DNA from: Eledone cirrhosa
Taxonomy: Eukaryota
Assembly (NCBI GenBank): GCA_964016885.1
Contig: OZ024742.1
Coordinates: 233,740,001 to 233,804,000, forward strand
Reading direction: 5' to 3'
Length of the DNA: 64,000 nucleotides
Shown here: positions 1 to 13,941 of the stretch, in pieces
Layout of the letters: each line of letters begins with the position of its first letter
Position numbering within the stretch: position 1 is the first letter of the stretch
Position numbers and translations under genes: made by a program
Notes under the pieces: model-generated
The model's database searches: none
Told to the model about the DNA's origin: nothing
Seen by the model: the letters and a program-made list of their open reading frames with translations, nothing else

Positions 1-481
1 AGCCAAAATTAGTTCTGTGTGAGTAAGACATGGTCACCTGACCCAGCATTGCCCACAACAACTCGTCTAACCCATGCTAGCATGGAAGCATGGACGTAAA
101 ACGGTGATGACTATATATATATATATATATATATTTGGGGAGGGTCATATTTGTGTAATAATATTGCCAGAATTAATAACAGAACACACTCACTGTTTGG
201 TTGGTTTTCGCTTCTCTGTCTTTTATATCGGTTAATTTAATTTATTCGGTCCTCAATGTTGCCATTGACTGACCAACGGTCAAAAATACAGATACAATAT
301 AGACACAAACACATATATATAGTCTATCATATATATATATATATGTTTAGGGGGTCACCACTGAATAGAACTGGTCATTCCGTTTAGTTTTCCATGATGT
401 AATAGTAGGAAAAGCACTCTACGTTACCAACTCGTCCATCATTAATGTTGAATCCTGGGGCTGATGCAGGAACAGAGTTAA

Positions 482-813
482 ATATTAGTTTGATTAAGAT
501 AACAGGAGGCCGAACTGGTAATGTTCCTTTAAGGTTTTATTGTTGCAAAAATACTATATATATTTCAATGGCTCAGCGACATCATCGGGAACGTATTGCA
601 TAATTAGTTAATCAATAAAGGAATTACGACAAACACAAACAGAAAATATTGAATAAAATATTTGATTCAGAGATGGCCTGCGAAATAGTTGTTATTGTTG
701 CTGCAGACCATCTCTGTAACCAGGCCATTGAAATATATATAATGTTTTTGCAACAATAAAACTTTAAAGGAACATCACCAGGCCAGCCTTCTGTTATTTT
801 AATCAAACTAATA
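482..813. repeat. Imperfect inverted repeat, ~90 bp arms
   Basis: 482-572 is the approximate reverse complement of 724-813. Confidence 0.8.
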
Positions 814-879
814 TATACATATATATAATCTCTCTCTCTCTCTCTCTCTCACACATACGGATGTATAAGGAATGATGTC

Positions 880-1410
880 CGGAACAAATGTAGCCAGGTG
901 GTGGACCCATATTGCACATTTCCTAGAAGAACTAGAGGTCAACGGACAGGACATCCTCCAGCACCTGCTTCCTGAAATTACCACACTTCAGTGAAAATAT
1001 ATCCACAGAGCCATCCGTAAGGAAGGACTAGATATACAGTCAGCCCACTCCGGCCCTTCTCTATAAGAGCACCTATCAAAAGAAGCAACTCAGGGACAAT
1101 AATAGCCAATGCACGCTAGCAAACTGCCTCATTCGTAACACAGGTATGCGTTAGTGGGCATACATGATATGGCAACAAATACAGGAATTTTTACATCGGT
1201 AGTACCTTTAGACCTCTTCACATCTGCATTAAAGAACATCTAAACATACTCGCATCCTCCTTCATGAAACACATAGACAAATACAAAAACAACAACAAAG
1301 ACATAGCAGTTACTATTGAAGTCACAGGCAACCTTAGAATCAAAGAAGCAATACTAATTAATAGCTAAACTTAACCCACAAATCAACAACAGATTACAAC
1401 ATTTGATATG
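880..1410 (+). mobile_element. Decayed Penelope-like GIY-YIG endonuclease fragment
   Basis: Manual translation gives FYIGSTFRPLHICIKEH (~1190-1240) and LRIKEAILIN..LNPQINNR (~1335-1392), with stops and frameshifts. Confidence 0.75.
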
Positions 1411-1589
1411 AATACGTGCACACATTTATGATGACTGCTGCACATATATACACAAAACAACAATTAAAATAAAAGTGCTCATTAGCCTATTTCACAATAT
1501 AACGAAAACATTCGATAATGATTAATTAATAAGATATTTATTCAACACATTTCAATTGTATTATATAATGTTTGCAATAAAAAAAAAAG

Positions 1590-1860
1590 TAAACGAAAGA
1601 AATCTGGGCACTGCCGCTCTTAATGCGGAGAGGAAGTTAGCCAAATACTGGGACTTAACTAACCATTTCCTTTTTGTGCCAGTCGCCTATGAAATCTCAG
1701 GTGTTTTCGCTCCCTACATTGCCGTTTTTAATCACAAAATTTAGAGGAGTGCATCCCACATGGAAAAGAATGATTAATGTAATGGGTGTCAATGGCTGTT
1801 CTCCACTGCAATGCCTTTGCCATTCTGTCTGCAGGTCGCTGCTGAGATTTACTGCCTAGA
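1590..1860 (+). mobile_element. Decayed CRE-like non-LTR retrotransposon fragment (restriction-like endonuclease, RLE, region)
   Basis: GTAALNAERKLAKY...FLFVPVAYEISGVF. Confidence 0.6.
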
Positions 1861-1962
1861 CACCTAGACAGAGGTGTAGTGTCTGCTGCTTCTTCCACCC
1901 TCCTTTCACTTACATTCGCTACTTTTTCTCTCTCAAATTGAAATAGGCAGATGACATTTTAC

Positions 1963-2078
1963 CTTATATTTTTCTAAAGCATCAAGTGTAAGGAAATAGC
2001 CTTCGCGGGAGTACAAACACAGTGCTGACATCACCTCGAATATTTGCATTTTCACTATAGGATTTCTATTCTCCAATA
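1963..2078 (-). CDS. INF2: Next coding exon (116 bp) of the INF2-like formin
   Basis: Acceptor ttttccag|TATTGG and donor AAG|gtaaaa. The phase matches the upstream exon (G+TA=Val), giving FAAVLENRNPIVKMQIFEVMSALCLYSREGYFLTLDALEKYK, similar to recalled INF2 [31 protein letters not shown]. Confidence 0.88.
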
Positions 2079-2491
2079 CTGGAAAATAAAAAAAAAGAAT
2101 TAGTTTTTGTGTGTGTGTGTGTGTAATTTTTGTTTTGTTTTTTTCCTTTTGTAATTCAACTAAGTCAAAACATGATAACGGTTTCTGACTTAGGCACAAG
2201 TCAAACAATTTGGGTGCTGGGAATGTCGATAAAATCGACCTCAGAGTGTTACTGGTACTTTATTTTACCGACCCAGTAAGGAGGAAACATGGCGTCCGAC
2301 GCTCTACCGATACTGCCAATCCACTGCCCTTCAGTCAAAACAATAATAAATAATAATTTCTGATCTAAGCACAAGGTCAACTATTTGGGGGGAGGGGAAA
2401 GTCGATTGTATCAACCTCAGTACTTAGCTGGTACTTTATTTTATCGACCCCGAAAGGTCGAAATGTGCAGCTTACCTCGGCTAAATTTGAA

Positions 2492-2995
2492 CTTAAAACC
2501 CAGCTTGAGCTGGTGGGACTGGACCGAGGGGACGGCACAAGACCAGACGGAATGACCATCTCTCCGTTCCGTAGTAGTAAACCCCTCATCTGGGATGCCA
2601 CATGCTGCAACACTTTCACCAGCGACAACCTGGTGCAGTCTGCGACTAACCCAGGCTCTGCTGCACTTCGGGCCGAGGATGGCAAACTCCCCAAATATTG
2701 GTCGCTCTCCGACAGGTTTGCGGTCGAGCCCGTATCAGTGGAGATATCTGGTGTCCTCAGACCTAGGACCACCTCCCTACTCACCACCATCGGCACCGAG
2801 TTGGCTACTCGCAGGTGTGGGCCTCACGAGATGGAATGGCTCTTCCAACGCATCTCCATCACCATCCTCCGGGAAACGCCTTCTCTATTCTGTCCGCCGG
2901 GGCCGCGGGGCGACCAGTGTGTGGGCCTCCATTTGCTTATAATAGTGAGAGAGATGGGGAGAATGAGAGAGGAGGAGGCAGTGACAATGGGAATT
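2492..2995 (+). mobile_element. CRE-like non-LTR retrotransposon 3' fragment (RLE)
   Basis: DGTRPDGMT...LIWDATC...AEDGKLPKY...PVSVEISGVL...WLFQRISI, followed by a 3' tail shared with the other copies. Confidence 0.8.
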
Positions 2996-3519
2996 CCATT
3001 ATAGTCAGACCTAATATATATGTATATATTTATTTTAAACTAGTTGAGTCGTGTTATCGGCATTGTGGGAAACTAAGGTATTCTACACAATGCCCTGCAC
3101 TATTTAGAGAAAAGCATAATAGACACTAAGGAGGCGAATTTTCAGAGTCATTACGGTGTCAGATTAAAAATGCCTCGGTATTTGTTCTGGCTCACTGTGC
3201 TCTGGGTTCAAATCCCACCATGGTCAACTTTGCCTTTCATATTTTCGAGGGAGATAGATACAGTGCCAGTCCAGTATTAGGGTAGATTCGTTCTCAGGAA
3301 GAAATCGGAAGCATTTCGACCTGGAGACGGGACGGGCTTCACCAAGTTTAAAATATCCAAAACATGCTGTGTGAATGGATGGTGCCACAACGACTCTATC
3401 TGAATTTAAGTGCCCTTTACCTTAATAATGAATTATAGATTTTGAGACTTTGTTAACGAATTAAAATCAGAGAAACCTAAATTAATTAAAAATATAATAG
3501 ATAAGAGTTATGAAAAATG

Positions 3520-5225
3520 TTATTAGCTAACTGCTAGTGAAACTTAAACTAAATAAAATTATTCTGATGAACATTGTTATACGTTTCATATTATTGCAAT
3601 AGTTTGAACTTGAATGACATTTTGATCTGCATAGTACATTTTTCTTAACACAAACATATTTCTTAATTTGACACTTTCTGTTATGCATACAGTTAAACCA
3701 TTGTCGTTCCATAGCTTGTTTTGTTGCAGCTGACCCAAGTAAGATTTATTTATCTATCGGAATGTCATTTTGTGCAAATAAAGGGTTCTTTGACACTGAA
3801 AACTGCGATCTGGTATAAAGCTGTTTTACAGCTCCTTGTGTCGTTCCCAACTGATAGAAATTGCCCTGAACATTCATGACGATGACCAAACATTAATTTC
3901 TAATCTAGGCACAAGGTAAGCAAATTTGAAGTAAGGGTAAAGTTGACTAAATCAACATCAGTACTTCACTGGTATTTTATTTTATCGACCCTAGAAGGAT
4001 GAAAGACAAAGTTGGCCTCGGCAGGATTTGAAATCAGAATGTAAAGAGTCAGAACAAATGCTGCAATGGCATTTTATCGACGCTCTATCAATTCTTGCCT
4101 TATAATTGTTTTTAACATTGACACAAGGCTAGCAATTTGGTGAACGGGAAAATTGATCATATCAACCCCAGTACTTGACTGGTACTTTATCCGCCGTGGA
4201 AAGATGAAAGGCAATGTCGACTTCGGTGAAAATTGAACTAAGAATGCAAAGCATTTTGTTCGACACACTAACGATTCTGCCAATCCACCACCTTCTGGAT
4301 TACCAAAATATTCCGAGCATCTCATCATCCTTTGTCACACTCAGAAATGAAATACGAACTGTAGCACCACGTTCCACTGGCAGGAACTTGTTGGCGAATA
4401 TTTTCTTCATTTTGATCGCTTGTAGTTTGGCATCTTGCCGATTCGGGAGAATATTTATCTTGTTAAACATCCAAGGCACAACACGTATACACCATATTTT
4501 TCTTCACCGAAACCACAATTACAGATGACTTTGATATTACACTCAGTTTTGGACACCAATGAGTTGTTTCACATGTAGCTTCGGAGCACACACCAACCAA
4601 CGTGTGAAATCTATTGATGTTAATGTTTACCCCGCAAATACTTCAACTGGCGTGTGTCGTAGATGCCTAGTGTGGTGTAGATGTAGAGATCTTATATATA
4701 TATATCTCCTTCGATTTGTCACATGATTTAATTTATTCAACCGATTCAACAATCTCTTGCAATATTTTTTCGGTCATGTTCTTAACACTTCTTGTGGTAG
4801 ATTTGTTGTGTTTAATCTGAAATTTATTCTGCATCTAAAGAAAGCCTCAAACGGAGGCATTTTCATACCAGCATGATAAGCCAGAGCGCTGTCTGATGTG
4901 TTCTATATCTTTATTTACACATTCTGCACTCCATTGGCATTGGATATGACGAAGCTTCTTATGGAAAATCTAAAGCTGTGGCTGATAGCCCTTAAGGCTC
5001 GTAGCAAGCTGATAGTAAAATCCTCGTCCTTTGTATGATTACATTACAGATAATTTTCCTATGAATGTAAAATCGTCAATTAAGTTGTAGACTACCTCCT
5101 CCACTCGATTTCTTTAAAGAGTTTTTTTTTAATAATAAATTTCGTTCGATGTTCCTGGTACACAGTATAAATGTCTTTTCTCCATGTGGGTGGCTTAAAA
5201 AAGAAATCCATAAAATGGACTTGGC
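3520..5225 (-). mobile_element. Decayed Ginger2/KRBA2-SCAND3-like integrase transposon, interrupted by two SINEs (3895-4290)
   Basis: Fragments YQEHRTKF (~5140-5163), EEVVYNLID and GATVRI, plus a Cys-rich C-terminus C..KK...CRSKCH....C.N (ORF 3527-3712). Heavily frameshifted. Confidence 0.6.
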
Positions 5226-5233
5226 AGTCACAA

Positions 5234-5445
5234 TTTTTTTTTTTTTTTTTTTTTAGAGAAAAAAACGTTTTATTAACAAAAAATAATTTTTAAAATCGTA
5301 AGCAAATCTATAACAACAACACTACAGATATTTAAAAACGGAAAATCAAGGGAAAAACAAGGGCTCTAGGGTCACAGAAAAATGAGGGGAGGGGGATAGG
5401 CTAAGGGCGGTGTTGGGGCTTCGCCCCGCGATCAAGGTCGCATAG
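5234..5445 (-). mobile_element. Poly(A)-tailed retroelement 3' end (L1/Tx1-like)
   Basis: Poly-T run at ~5234-5254 with TTTATT (AATAAA on the minus strand) at ~5268; purine-rich on the plus strand. Confidence 0.45.
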
Positions 5446-8034
5446 ATAATTCCTTTTTTTGTAATTTGTTTTCTGTTGACTGCAAGAATAACTCATAACG
5501 AGTAATAATATTGTATTTGGATGAGAGCTTGTTACTCAACCAGTCACGACTACCATAACCAATTCATACGTGAGGTTTAAAACATACTTCAGACAACACA
5601 GTGTCGGCCAAATAAAACGGGACAGTAGTATATTATGCCTGTGCTGGCGTAACAACGTTGGTTTTCTGATGTACAAACATAACATTATACTGATTCGGCA
5701 ATCAGTAATGGTGAGGTACCATCTTTTGCTTCAGCTTTAGATGTTTATACTTCAGCCACAACTGCTGATAACGCTAGCAATATAATACCGTCTTCCTTGT
5801 TACAACACTGAGATTTAGTATTTCTTTTCCAGTTCAGCATAAAATCTTGAATTGCTAACACGATTTTAATTTTTCTAAAAGATAATCAAAAGCCTGCTGC
5901 GAAATTCATAAAAGATGTTTGATATTGCAAAGACGATCAGTAGGTAACGAACATTCGGATTGTAGCGACATTTTATATCTGATTTGTCAACAAGCAGTGA
6001 ATATAAGTTGTTCAAATGTAGAGTATATTTGTTTGCCACAAGGAAGCAAATGTCTAACTTCTCAGATATTGCCCTTCGCCATAGTGGTGTTTTCTGATAG
6101 TATGGGGGAAAATAGAGTGAGAGCAGTGAGAGAGATAAAGTAGTAAATATCTCTCGCTCTCATCGATCGACAAGATCCCAGATCTCATTCGCTTGCCGAG
6201 TGGGGTGGACCTCGTGAAATCGGACCAAGGAAACAATGTTTCCATTGGTCTTTCCATTGCTGATACTATCTACCGGTCGCAACTCCTGGCAGAAGAAGTA
6301 ACGTGAAATAAAGTGTCTTGCTCAAGGACACAACGCATTATCCGGTCTGAGAATTGAACCCCCTAACCACGTGGCTTAGCCATGTGCCTTCACAAATATA
6401 GTTGAGTAGAAATGTGAACGGAGAGAAAATAGTGAAGAATAAGGAAGGCTGAGATCGCACGGCACCAAGTGTTGGACAGCAATCAGAGAAAGGAAATAAT
6501 GAAAATATTGCCAAGTTTTCCTTTTCTTCACAGCAAAGCAATTTATTCCACTTTTGAACTATTTATGTCTGATGTTAGAAACCAATGTAGAAAGGGTTGT
6601 GACTGCACCTATACAGACAAATGATGATGAGTAAGAAGAGAAGTAGATAATGACTAAAACAATAATTGTTTCTACTTTTGGTACAAGGCCAGCAATTATT
6701 CCAGTTCATTACTGGTACTTCATTTTATCGAGCCCGTAAGGATGAGTTAACCTCTGCGGGATTTGAACTCAAACCGTAAAGGGACGTAACTCTTTACTGT
6801 AAAACATGGTGTCTGACGTTCTACCGATTCTGAAGGAATGTTAGAGATTATAGTAAAATACTGAATTGTTTGTAAGTCTGCTTGTCTATACCGGAATAGA
6901 TTAGAGTGTCGTTGGACCTCCGTCGGTTCCGACGAGTGTGCCAGTTGTTTGAACAATGGAACAACCTGGTTGTAAAATTTATGGGCTATTGATTGAACAT
7001 TCCATAGATATGTTCACCCTTAGCGTAATTCTCAAGGAGATTCAGCATAATAAGGTATGTGACAAGGCTAGCCCTTTGAATTACAGGTACAACTCATTTT
7101 TGCCGGCTGATGTGACTAGAGTCGCGTGAAATTAAGTATCTTGCTCGGACACGACACGACGCGCCAGCGGGAATCGAACTGACGACCTTACTATTGTGAG
7201 CCAAACAGCTTAACCACTAAGCCACGCATCTTCACAGATAGAAAGTAGTAACAACAGGGTCACCCTATGCGTGTTTGAAACAAGAAGGAAAACAGACAAA
7301 GATATACAACTGCCAAATATATCAAACAGAAGGTAGTATTTTACTGATGTTTACAAACGTTCTTATGAAAAATAAGCTGATAATATGGATATTGTCTAAC
7401 ATCTTATTTTAATGGTAAATAAATTAAATACAGTTTGATTTCATATTTTTCCTATTATAAACTATTAAAACATTTATAACTCTAAATTATAGCATGTGAG
7501 GTAGTAGCAAATTATACATACTCCCCCACATAGAATGAGAAAATTTAAAGACATTTTTAGTTTCACAGCATCACCCATTTACAATCTTCATTGAGATTAT
7601 TGGAACATTGCCAAAATTGAGTCACTTTTGTTTTATTTACCATTTTTTATAGCTGCTGTAGTTTTTTTATTTTTTATTGTTCACTTTTCTTAATGTTCTA
7701 CGATTTACATGGTAAAGTATTTTATGTCTGATAAAGAAAACAGTAAAAGACTGCCGTTCTGAAAGTCCTCATGAGAATCTAAGAAGAGTTCACCATTATC
7801 AAATTGTACAACAGTATCCCACACCTAGCCCCAGCACACCCAGCCTGTCAACACTTAAACAACTCTGAAAATATAAACGTTTGCATGCCAATCGCTGGGG
7901 GCGTGCAGCTCCGAGTCTATAATCACTCTCAGCAGTCAGTATGGAACAAGGAAGTGAGAAGAATGTTCTATTTTACATCTAAGTTATTTCAGGTAAATGC
8001 CGTACCTTTTCTTTGATGACACCAACATTGCAGT

Positions 8035-8081
<47 letters not shown>

Positions 8082-8239
8082 GTGTGTGTGTTTGAGCAAA
8101 AAGTAAATGGGGAAAAAAACAATACAGTACAATGAAGAGAAGATGTATAGAAGTAAAAGAGTTAATGAAGCAATGAGAAACTGTCATAACTAGAAAAGTA
8201 TTGATGTAGTGTGGTAAATAAATATATACATATGCACCA

Positions 8240-9510
8240 GGAACCAAATTCCCACTGCCTCCCTCTCTCTCGCTCGCCCCATCTCTCACTATTATGAGCA
8301 AATGGGGACCCACACGCTGGTCGCCCCGCGGCCCCGGCAGACAGAATAGAGAAGGCGCTTCCCCGGAGGATGGCGAGGGAGAGACGCTAGAAGAGCCATT
8401 CTAGCTCGCGAGGCTCATACCTGCGGGTAGTCAACTCCATGCCGATGGTGGGTAAGTAGGAAGATGGTCCTAGGGCCAAGTACACCAGAAGTCTGTAGCA
8501 GCATTACTTCATACCTCGCAACAACAATCTTTCATGTGCGATTTGGTTAGGTTGACCAATCGTGTAAGTAGCGCATGAATATCTGTTACTCCCGTTCTAG
8601 TAAACGGAGTTCACCGGAGAGAGTTCCTGACTACCGACATGAGAAGAGGTACTGAATATTTCCTACCATGTTCTACATATTTTCCTATGAAGAAGTACTG
8701 AATATTATCAACAAAGATGTTTTAGGCGGGGTGGTGGTCGTCTGCCTTCGCAGTCGACGCTAGATGGCGTGATCTACAATGTATTGAACATTTCCTGTAT
8801 TGTTCTAGGAGGTTTCTTTCTATCCTTGGCTAACTTAGCTAATGAACAGCTAGTTACTGCTTTTAATTTAATATCCTTATATGTGTTTATATATTTGGCC
8901 TACGAACAATAAATGTTTATATAACGTATTGAGTGTCGAAGGCATAATTATTTATATATTGGTATCAGAAGCCCTTTTGTTGCAAAGGTATTTCCTTGAA
9001 ACCTTATTTTACAATGATTAAACTGTACTTTTATATGTGATACAACAAGTATCGGTAAATATTTCAACTCTTCCAACTCAACCGTTATAACTGAAAAGTA
9101 TAAATATGCATTTCACACTCCTTCTGTTATAAGTCTCAACTGCTACGGGCTTGACCGCAAACCTGTCGTGGAGCGACCGATATTTGGAGAGTTTACCCTC
9201 CTCGGTCCGAAGTGCAGCAGAGCCTGGGTTAGTCACAGACTGCACCAAGTTGTCGCTGGAGAAAGCATCGCTGCAACTGACCTCCCAGATGGGGCGGGGG
9301 GGTTACCACCGTGGCACGGGAAGATAGTCATCCTGTCTAGCCTTTTGCCGTCCCCTTGATTCAGCCCTTCCGGCTGGAGCTGGGAGAGGAAGCCTGCAGC
9401 ATACAAGCCATGCTTTATGATCTCGTTGAGAGCAGCATGGCGTGGAAGGCGGTCGGAACTGTAGCGACAGGACAGCGAGTGGAGGCGGAAAGAGTCTACG
9501 TGAGGCATGG
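8240..9510 (-). mobile_element. CRE-like RLE fragment interrupted by a solo LTR
   Basis: HSLSC...RLPRHAALNEIIK zinc motif and GDGKRLDRMTI; homologous to 2492-2995 and continuous across the 8494-9131 insert. Confidence 0.8.
8494..9131. mobile_element. Solo LTR (638 bp) with 4-bp TSD
   Basis: Begins TGTAGCAG and ends CTGTTATA. AGTC is duplicated at 8490-8493 and 9132-9135; removing the insert restores the host CRE sequence. Confidence 0.7.
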
Positions 9511-9569
9511 TGTATATATATAATGTTGTTGTTGTTGTTGATGATGATTTACAGAATAATTTAGTTAAC

Positions 9570-10496
9570 TAAAACTGGGAGGGCCCTGTAGAAACAGTAG
9601 ACAGCTTCTGCTACCTAGGTGACCGAATTAGCAACGGAGGTGGGTGCTCAGAAAGTACGATAACTAGGGTAAGAACGGGATGGAAGAAGTTTAGGGAACT
9701 ACTACCACTGCTAGCTGCAAAAGGCTTCTCCCTCAGAATGAAAGGCAGACTGTATGATGCGTGTATCCGAACAGCGATGTTGCATGGTAGTGAGACCTGG
9801 GCGCTGAAGGTGGAAGACTTACGTAGATTAGAGAGAAACGAAGCCTGCATGCTCCGATGGATGTGTAACAGTAATATACGTGAACGTGGACGACAAAGCA
9901 TAAATGAATTGAGAGAGAGACTGAGCATAAGAGGAATCAAATGCTGCGTGCAGGAGAGGCGGTTACGCTGGTATGGACATGTGATGCGTATGAAGGATGA
10001 CAGCTGCATAAAAAGGTGCAGAGCACTAGAAGTTGATGGAAACCGCGGAGTGGGGAGACCCAAGATGACTTGGGATGAGGTGATAAAAGCCGACCTTACC
10101 CAACTACACCTCTCAAAGGCAATGACACACGACCGTGACTTCTGGCGTCACGCAGTAATACAGGGTACCCGACCTCCCATGGGTACATGCTGAAGCATAT
10201 AAACAATATGCCCCCCCCCCCCACCGCAAGGTGGTCGTGGAGGTGCCACGGCAAAAAAGCACCCAGCCCACACTGTAAAGTGGACGTGTAGGCGCCACGA
10301 AAAAGCACCCAGCACTCACTGTAAATGAGGTTGGTGTTAGGAAGGGCATCCAGCTGTAGAAATCAAGCCAGATCAGTTCCTGTATGAGCAAGGCATGGTC
10401 AGCCGACCAGACACTGCCCACAACAGGACAACCCGTCTAACCCATGCTAGCGTGGAAGAACGGACGTAAAACGGTGATGATGATGATGATGATGAT
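9570..10496 (+). mobile_element. RTE-clade LINE 3' fragment with 3' UTR and (GAT)n tail
   Basis: FCYLGD...GWKKFRELLPLL...MLHGSETW...RRLRWYGHVMR...GRPKMTW. Related tails occur at 1-110, 28140-28310 and 32300-32666. Confidence 0.9.
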
Positions 10497-10981
10497 CATT
10501 TCAGTCATCTATCCGGGTGTTTTATCTAAAGAGTTTACAGGTTTACCCGTGATCCATCCCTGCCTCATTCGTTACTTAAATATACCACACCACATCGTTA
10601 CATATCGGCACTGAAATTACCAGGAGTCAAATTACTGGCTACCATATACATGCATGTGTATATATAAATATATATATATATATGTATATGTACGCGTGTA
10701 CACGTGTACACACACAAACATACACTCCACCCCAACATACACACAATGTGAAGGAGAATGGCTTAGTGGTTAGAGCATTGGGATTGCAATCGAAAGGTAG
10801 TAGTTCAATTCTCGGACCGGGTGATGTGTTGTTTCCTTGAGCAAGACACTTTATTTCACGTTGCTCCAGTTTACTCAGCTGTAGAAATGAGATGATAGGG
10901 ACTGGAGTCCCTATCATTAAATTACCCAAGACACATCCAACGAGATATACTTTGGAGGTCAACTAAACCTGCATAGGTGAG

Positions 10982-11032
<51 letters not shown>

Positions 11033-11330
11033 GTTTTTCAAAACCCACATTCACATACAATCGCTTCCGTCCAGACACACACACACATCTACACACCTTA
11101 CCTTCCGCCATCCTGCTCGGACTATGATTTTCTTGCTTCCCCCCACCCTTTCTCTCCCGCCTCCACATACACTACCGGACCCGTACACCCCTCCCACCCC
11201 CTTCGTTTTCACTTTTTTTTAATTGTTTTTTTTTGTTTTGTTTTTATTTATTTTGATTTTCATTTTTCCCATCCTTTTGTGTTCTTCCTGTTAACTTCCC
11301 TCCTCACTCCTTTTCGGAGTTCCTCCCTAC

Positions 11331-11366
11331 TTTCCTGATGAAGAACTTATGTTCGAAACGTCGTAA
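11331..11366 (+). ncRNA. Minimal hammerhead-like motif in a probable PLE 3' remnant (~11030-11450)
   Basis: CTGATGA A GAAC-TTAT-GTTC GAAAC GTC; stem I is weak (tttc/gtaa). Confidence 0.55.
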
Positions 11367-11939
11367 CCTCCCCCACTCTCACCAAGCGTGAAGCTAATAA
11401 CACTATGTACTATTGACTCCTGCGTTTGTTTGTTTGTCCTTTTTAACAATATATATATATATAAATAAATAAATGTATACGTGTATGTATATATAAATGT
11501 ATATGTATGTTTCTGCAAACGACTTTGCATGCATGCATGTGCACTTGCAGATAGGTGAACACGCTTGTGTGGATGTGTGCATGTCTGTACGTGTATGTGT
11601 GCCTTTATGTATGCAGCATGCATACATAAAATACATACACTTCATCACTATATAATCCACTCTACCTATTTTTAAACCCCTATATTTTACCTTATCTTTT
11701 GTTCCTATTTACTATTTTCTTTAGTCATCTGCTAACTTACTTCTATATAACCTACTTTTTAATTGTTCACTTCTATATAACCCACTTTTTACTATTCTTC
11801 ACTTTAAAATATCCTTTCAGCCTATAAGCCACATGTGTAAATAACCCTACTCTTTCACCCTCTGTTTCTAAGACCATTATGCCCCTACTCCACTCCTACC
11901 CACCCCTACCCCCACCCACTATTTCCTTCTCCTGACCCC

Positions 11940-13720
11940 TGTCTGGATAAATTTATCCCTGGAACTAACTGAAACTCACCTGACAGCGAGCTTAGCAGAT
12001 GTAGAAATACACATACCAAAGAATGTTGTATTTCGTACTGACAGGAGAGGGAGAACTCAAGGTGGAGTAGCTTTGTACATCCGTGAAGATGTCATGCCCA
12101 TTGTACCGTTGATACATTCCAGCTCGGTCTGTGACAAGCTAATAGTACACGTGAAGCAACTCAAAATGGTAATATGTTGCATATATCGACCACCAGATGC
12201 TTCCAGACATGAGAACACGTTTGATGATAGCCTTAATAGGATTGAAGAAGTTCTGATCAACTAGGATCAGAGTCTCAACATCCTGCTGCTGCTGGGAGAT
12301 TTTAATCTACCCAAGATCAAATGGTCCGAAGGCAGACAGAATCTTTGTTGGATCTTACAGTGTCTTCATGGAACAAATGATACTTCAACTAACAAGAGGT
12401 GAGAATACCCTGGATCTCTGAGCCTGAGCTCATCCACAATGTGAAAGTGACACCAACGATTTTTCTCGGACCATAACAAAGTAGAACTAGTAATGTATAG
12501 TCTGAGGAAGACTGTAGACATGCAGCCGGCAGGAAACACTTGGTCTCTATCCAGCTTAAACTGCCACAACTGGAAAAGGATTCAGGAGGAGCTCCTGAAA
12601 CAAAACTGGACCAACAGTCTCTGTATGGAAGATGTCAACATACAATTTGAGTAATTCATGGAAATAATACAAGATATATGCTCTAAGTTTTCCCTAGAAA
12701 GAAAGGCCAACAGACACAAGAATATTATTCCCAGAGACAAGAGAATCCTTATGAGAAGAAGAACGAAGATCTCAAACCAGCTACATACACAAGTAAGGAA
12801 CAAGACGGAATCCCATTTGAAGCAGGCACTGTTTCAAATTGAAAATGAACTCAAATTCTCCCATGAAAAGGAGAGGGCACAAAGAGACGTCAAGGTTATA
12901 GAAAACAGAAAGACGAACTCTGAGGCCTTCTTTAAATTTTCAAAAGAGACCGCCTCAGTACACTAAATATATCTCACTGGCAACAGACCCCCAAGAGATA
13001 AGTGAGGCACTGAATGAACAATATAAAAGTGTTTCCACACGTCCAATGAGTCACATGCAAATAAATAAGCCATATGAGTTCTTCAACACAGAGAAATGAC
13101 AATCATCAACCACATAGATATAAAGGTGAAAGATGAAATATCAACCATAGATGAAATGAGACCAAATTTGGCAGCTTGATCTGATAGTTTCCCAGTAATC
13201 TTCCTAAAACATGCAAGTGAATATAGACAAAGCCGCAGCAGATCCCCTTCCAAAGATCCTTTGCAAGTAGTAATCTACCCGGAAAACTAAAAGGAGGCAT
13301 AATATGTCCTATCCATAAAAGAGGAAACAGAGAAGATGCTAAAACGACAGACCTGTCTCCTTGATCTCACTTATCAGCAAAGTCAAGGAACGAATCATCC
13401 AAAGGAAACTGATTACTTTTCTATAGGGTAAAAGTTGTCTTACGCAGCTCTTAGAGCATTATGACTGGATACTCAAACAGCTGCTTGACCGTTCGAACGG
13501 AGATGGTATATATCTCGACTTTGCGAAGGCCTTCGGCAAGGTTGATTATGGAATGGTATGTCACAGACTACGTAGCAATTTAATGCAGGTAAGTTTCAAG
13601 CCCACCGCTATCAATTCACTAACATAGAACTACCACAACAAAGGTACACTAGACCAGTAGGAATCGAAATCCAAGAGTCAAAATCAATGTGAAACCTAAG
13701 TATTGACATGAGCAATCTCA
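11940..13720 (+). mobile_element. Decayed CR1-like LINE ORF2 (APE endonuclease + RT)
   Basis: GGVALYIRE, CIYRPPD, LLGDFNLP, KSCLTQLLEHY, IYLDFAKAF; many stops and deletions. Confidence 0.85.
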
Positions 13721-13753
13721 TTTCTAGAGTTGAGAAGGATAATTTTAGAAGTA

Positions 13754-13884
13754 ACTAGCAGAATGGCCCGGCGTTGCTCGGGATTTGCTCTAGGGTTCTT
13801 ATATATATTTATCCTTATCGAGCCTCGTGAAATAAATACGTTTGTTTATATTTTGTTATTGCGTATGCAAAAATATCTGTACAC

Positions 13885-13941
<57 letters not shown>

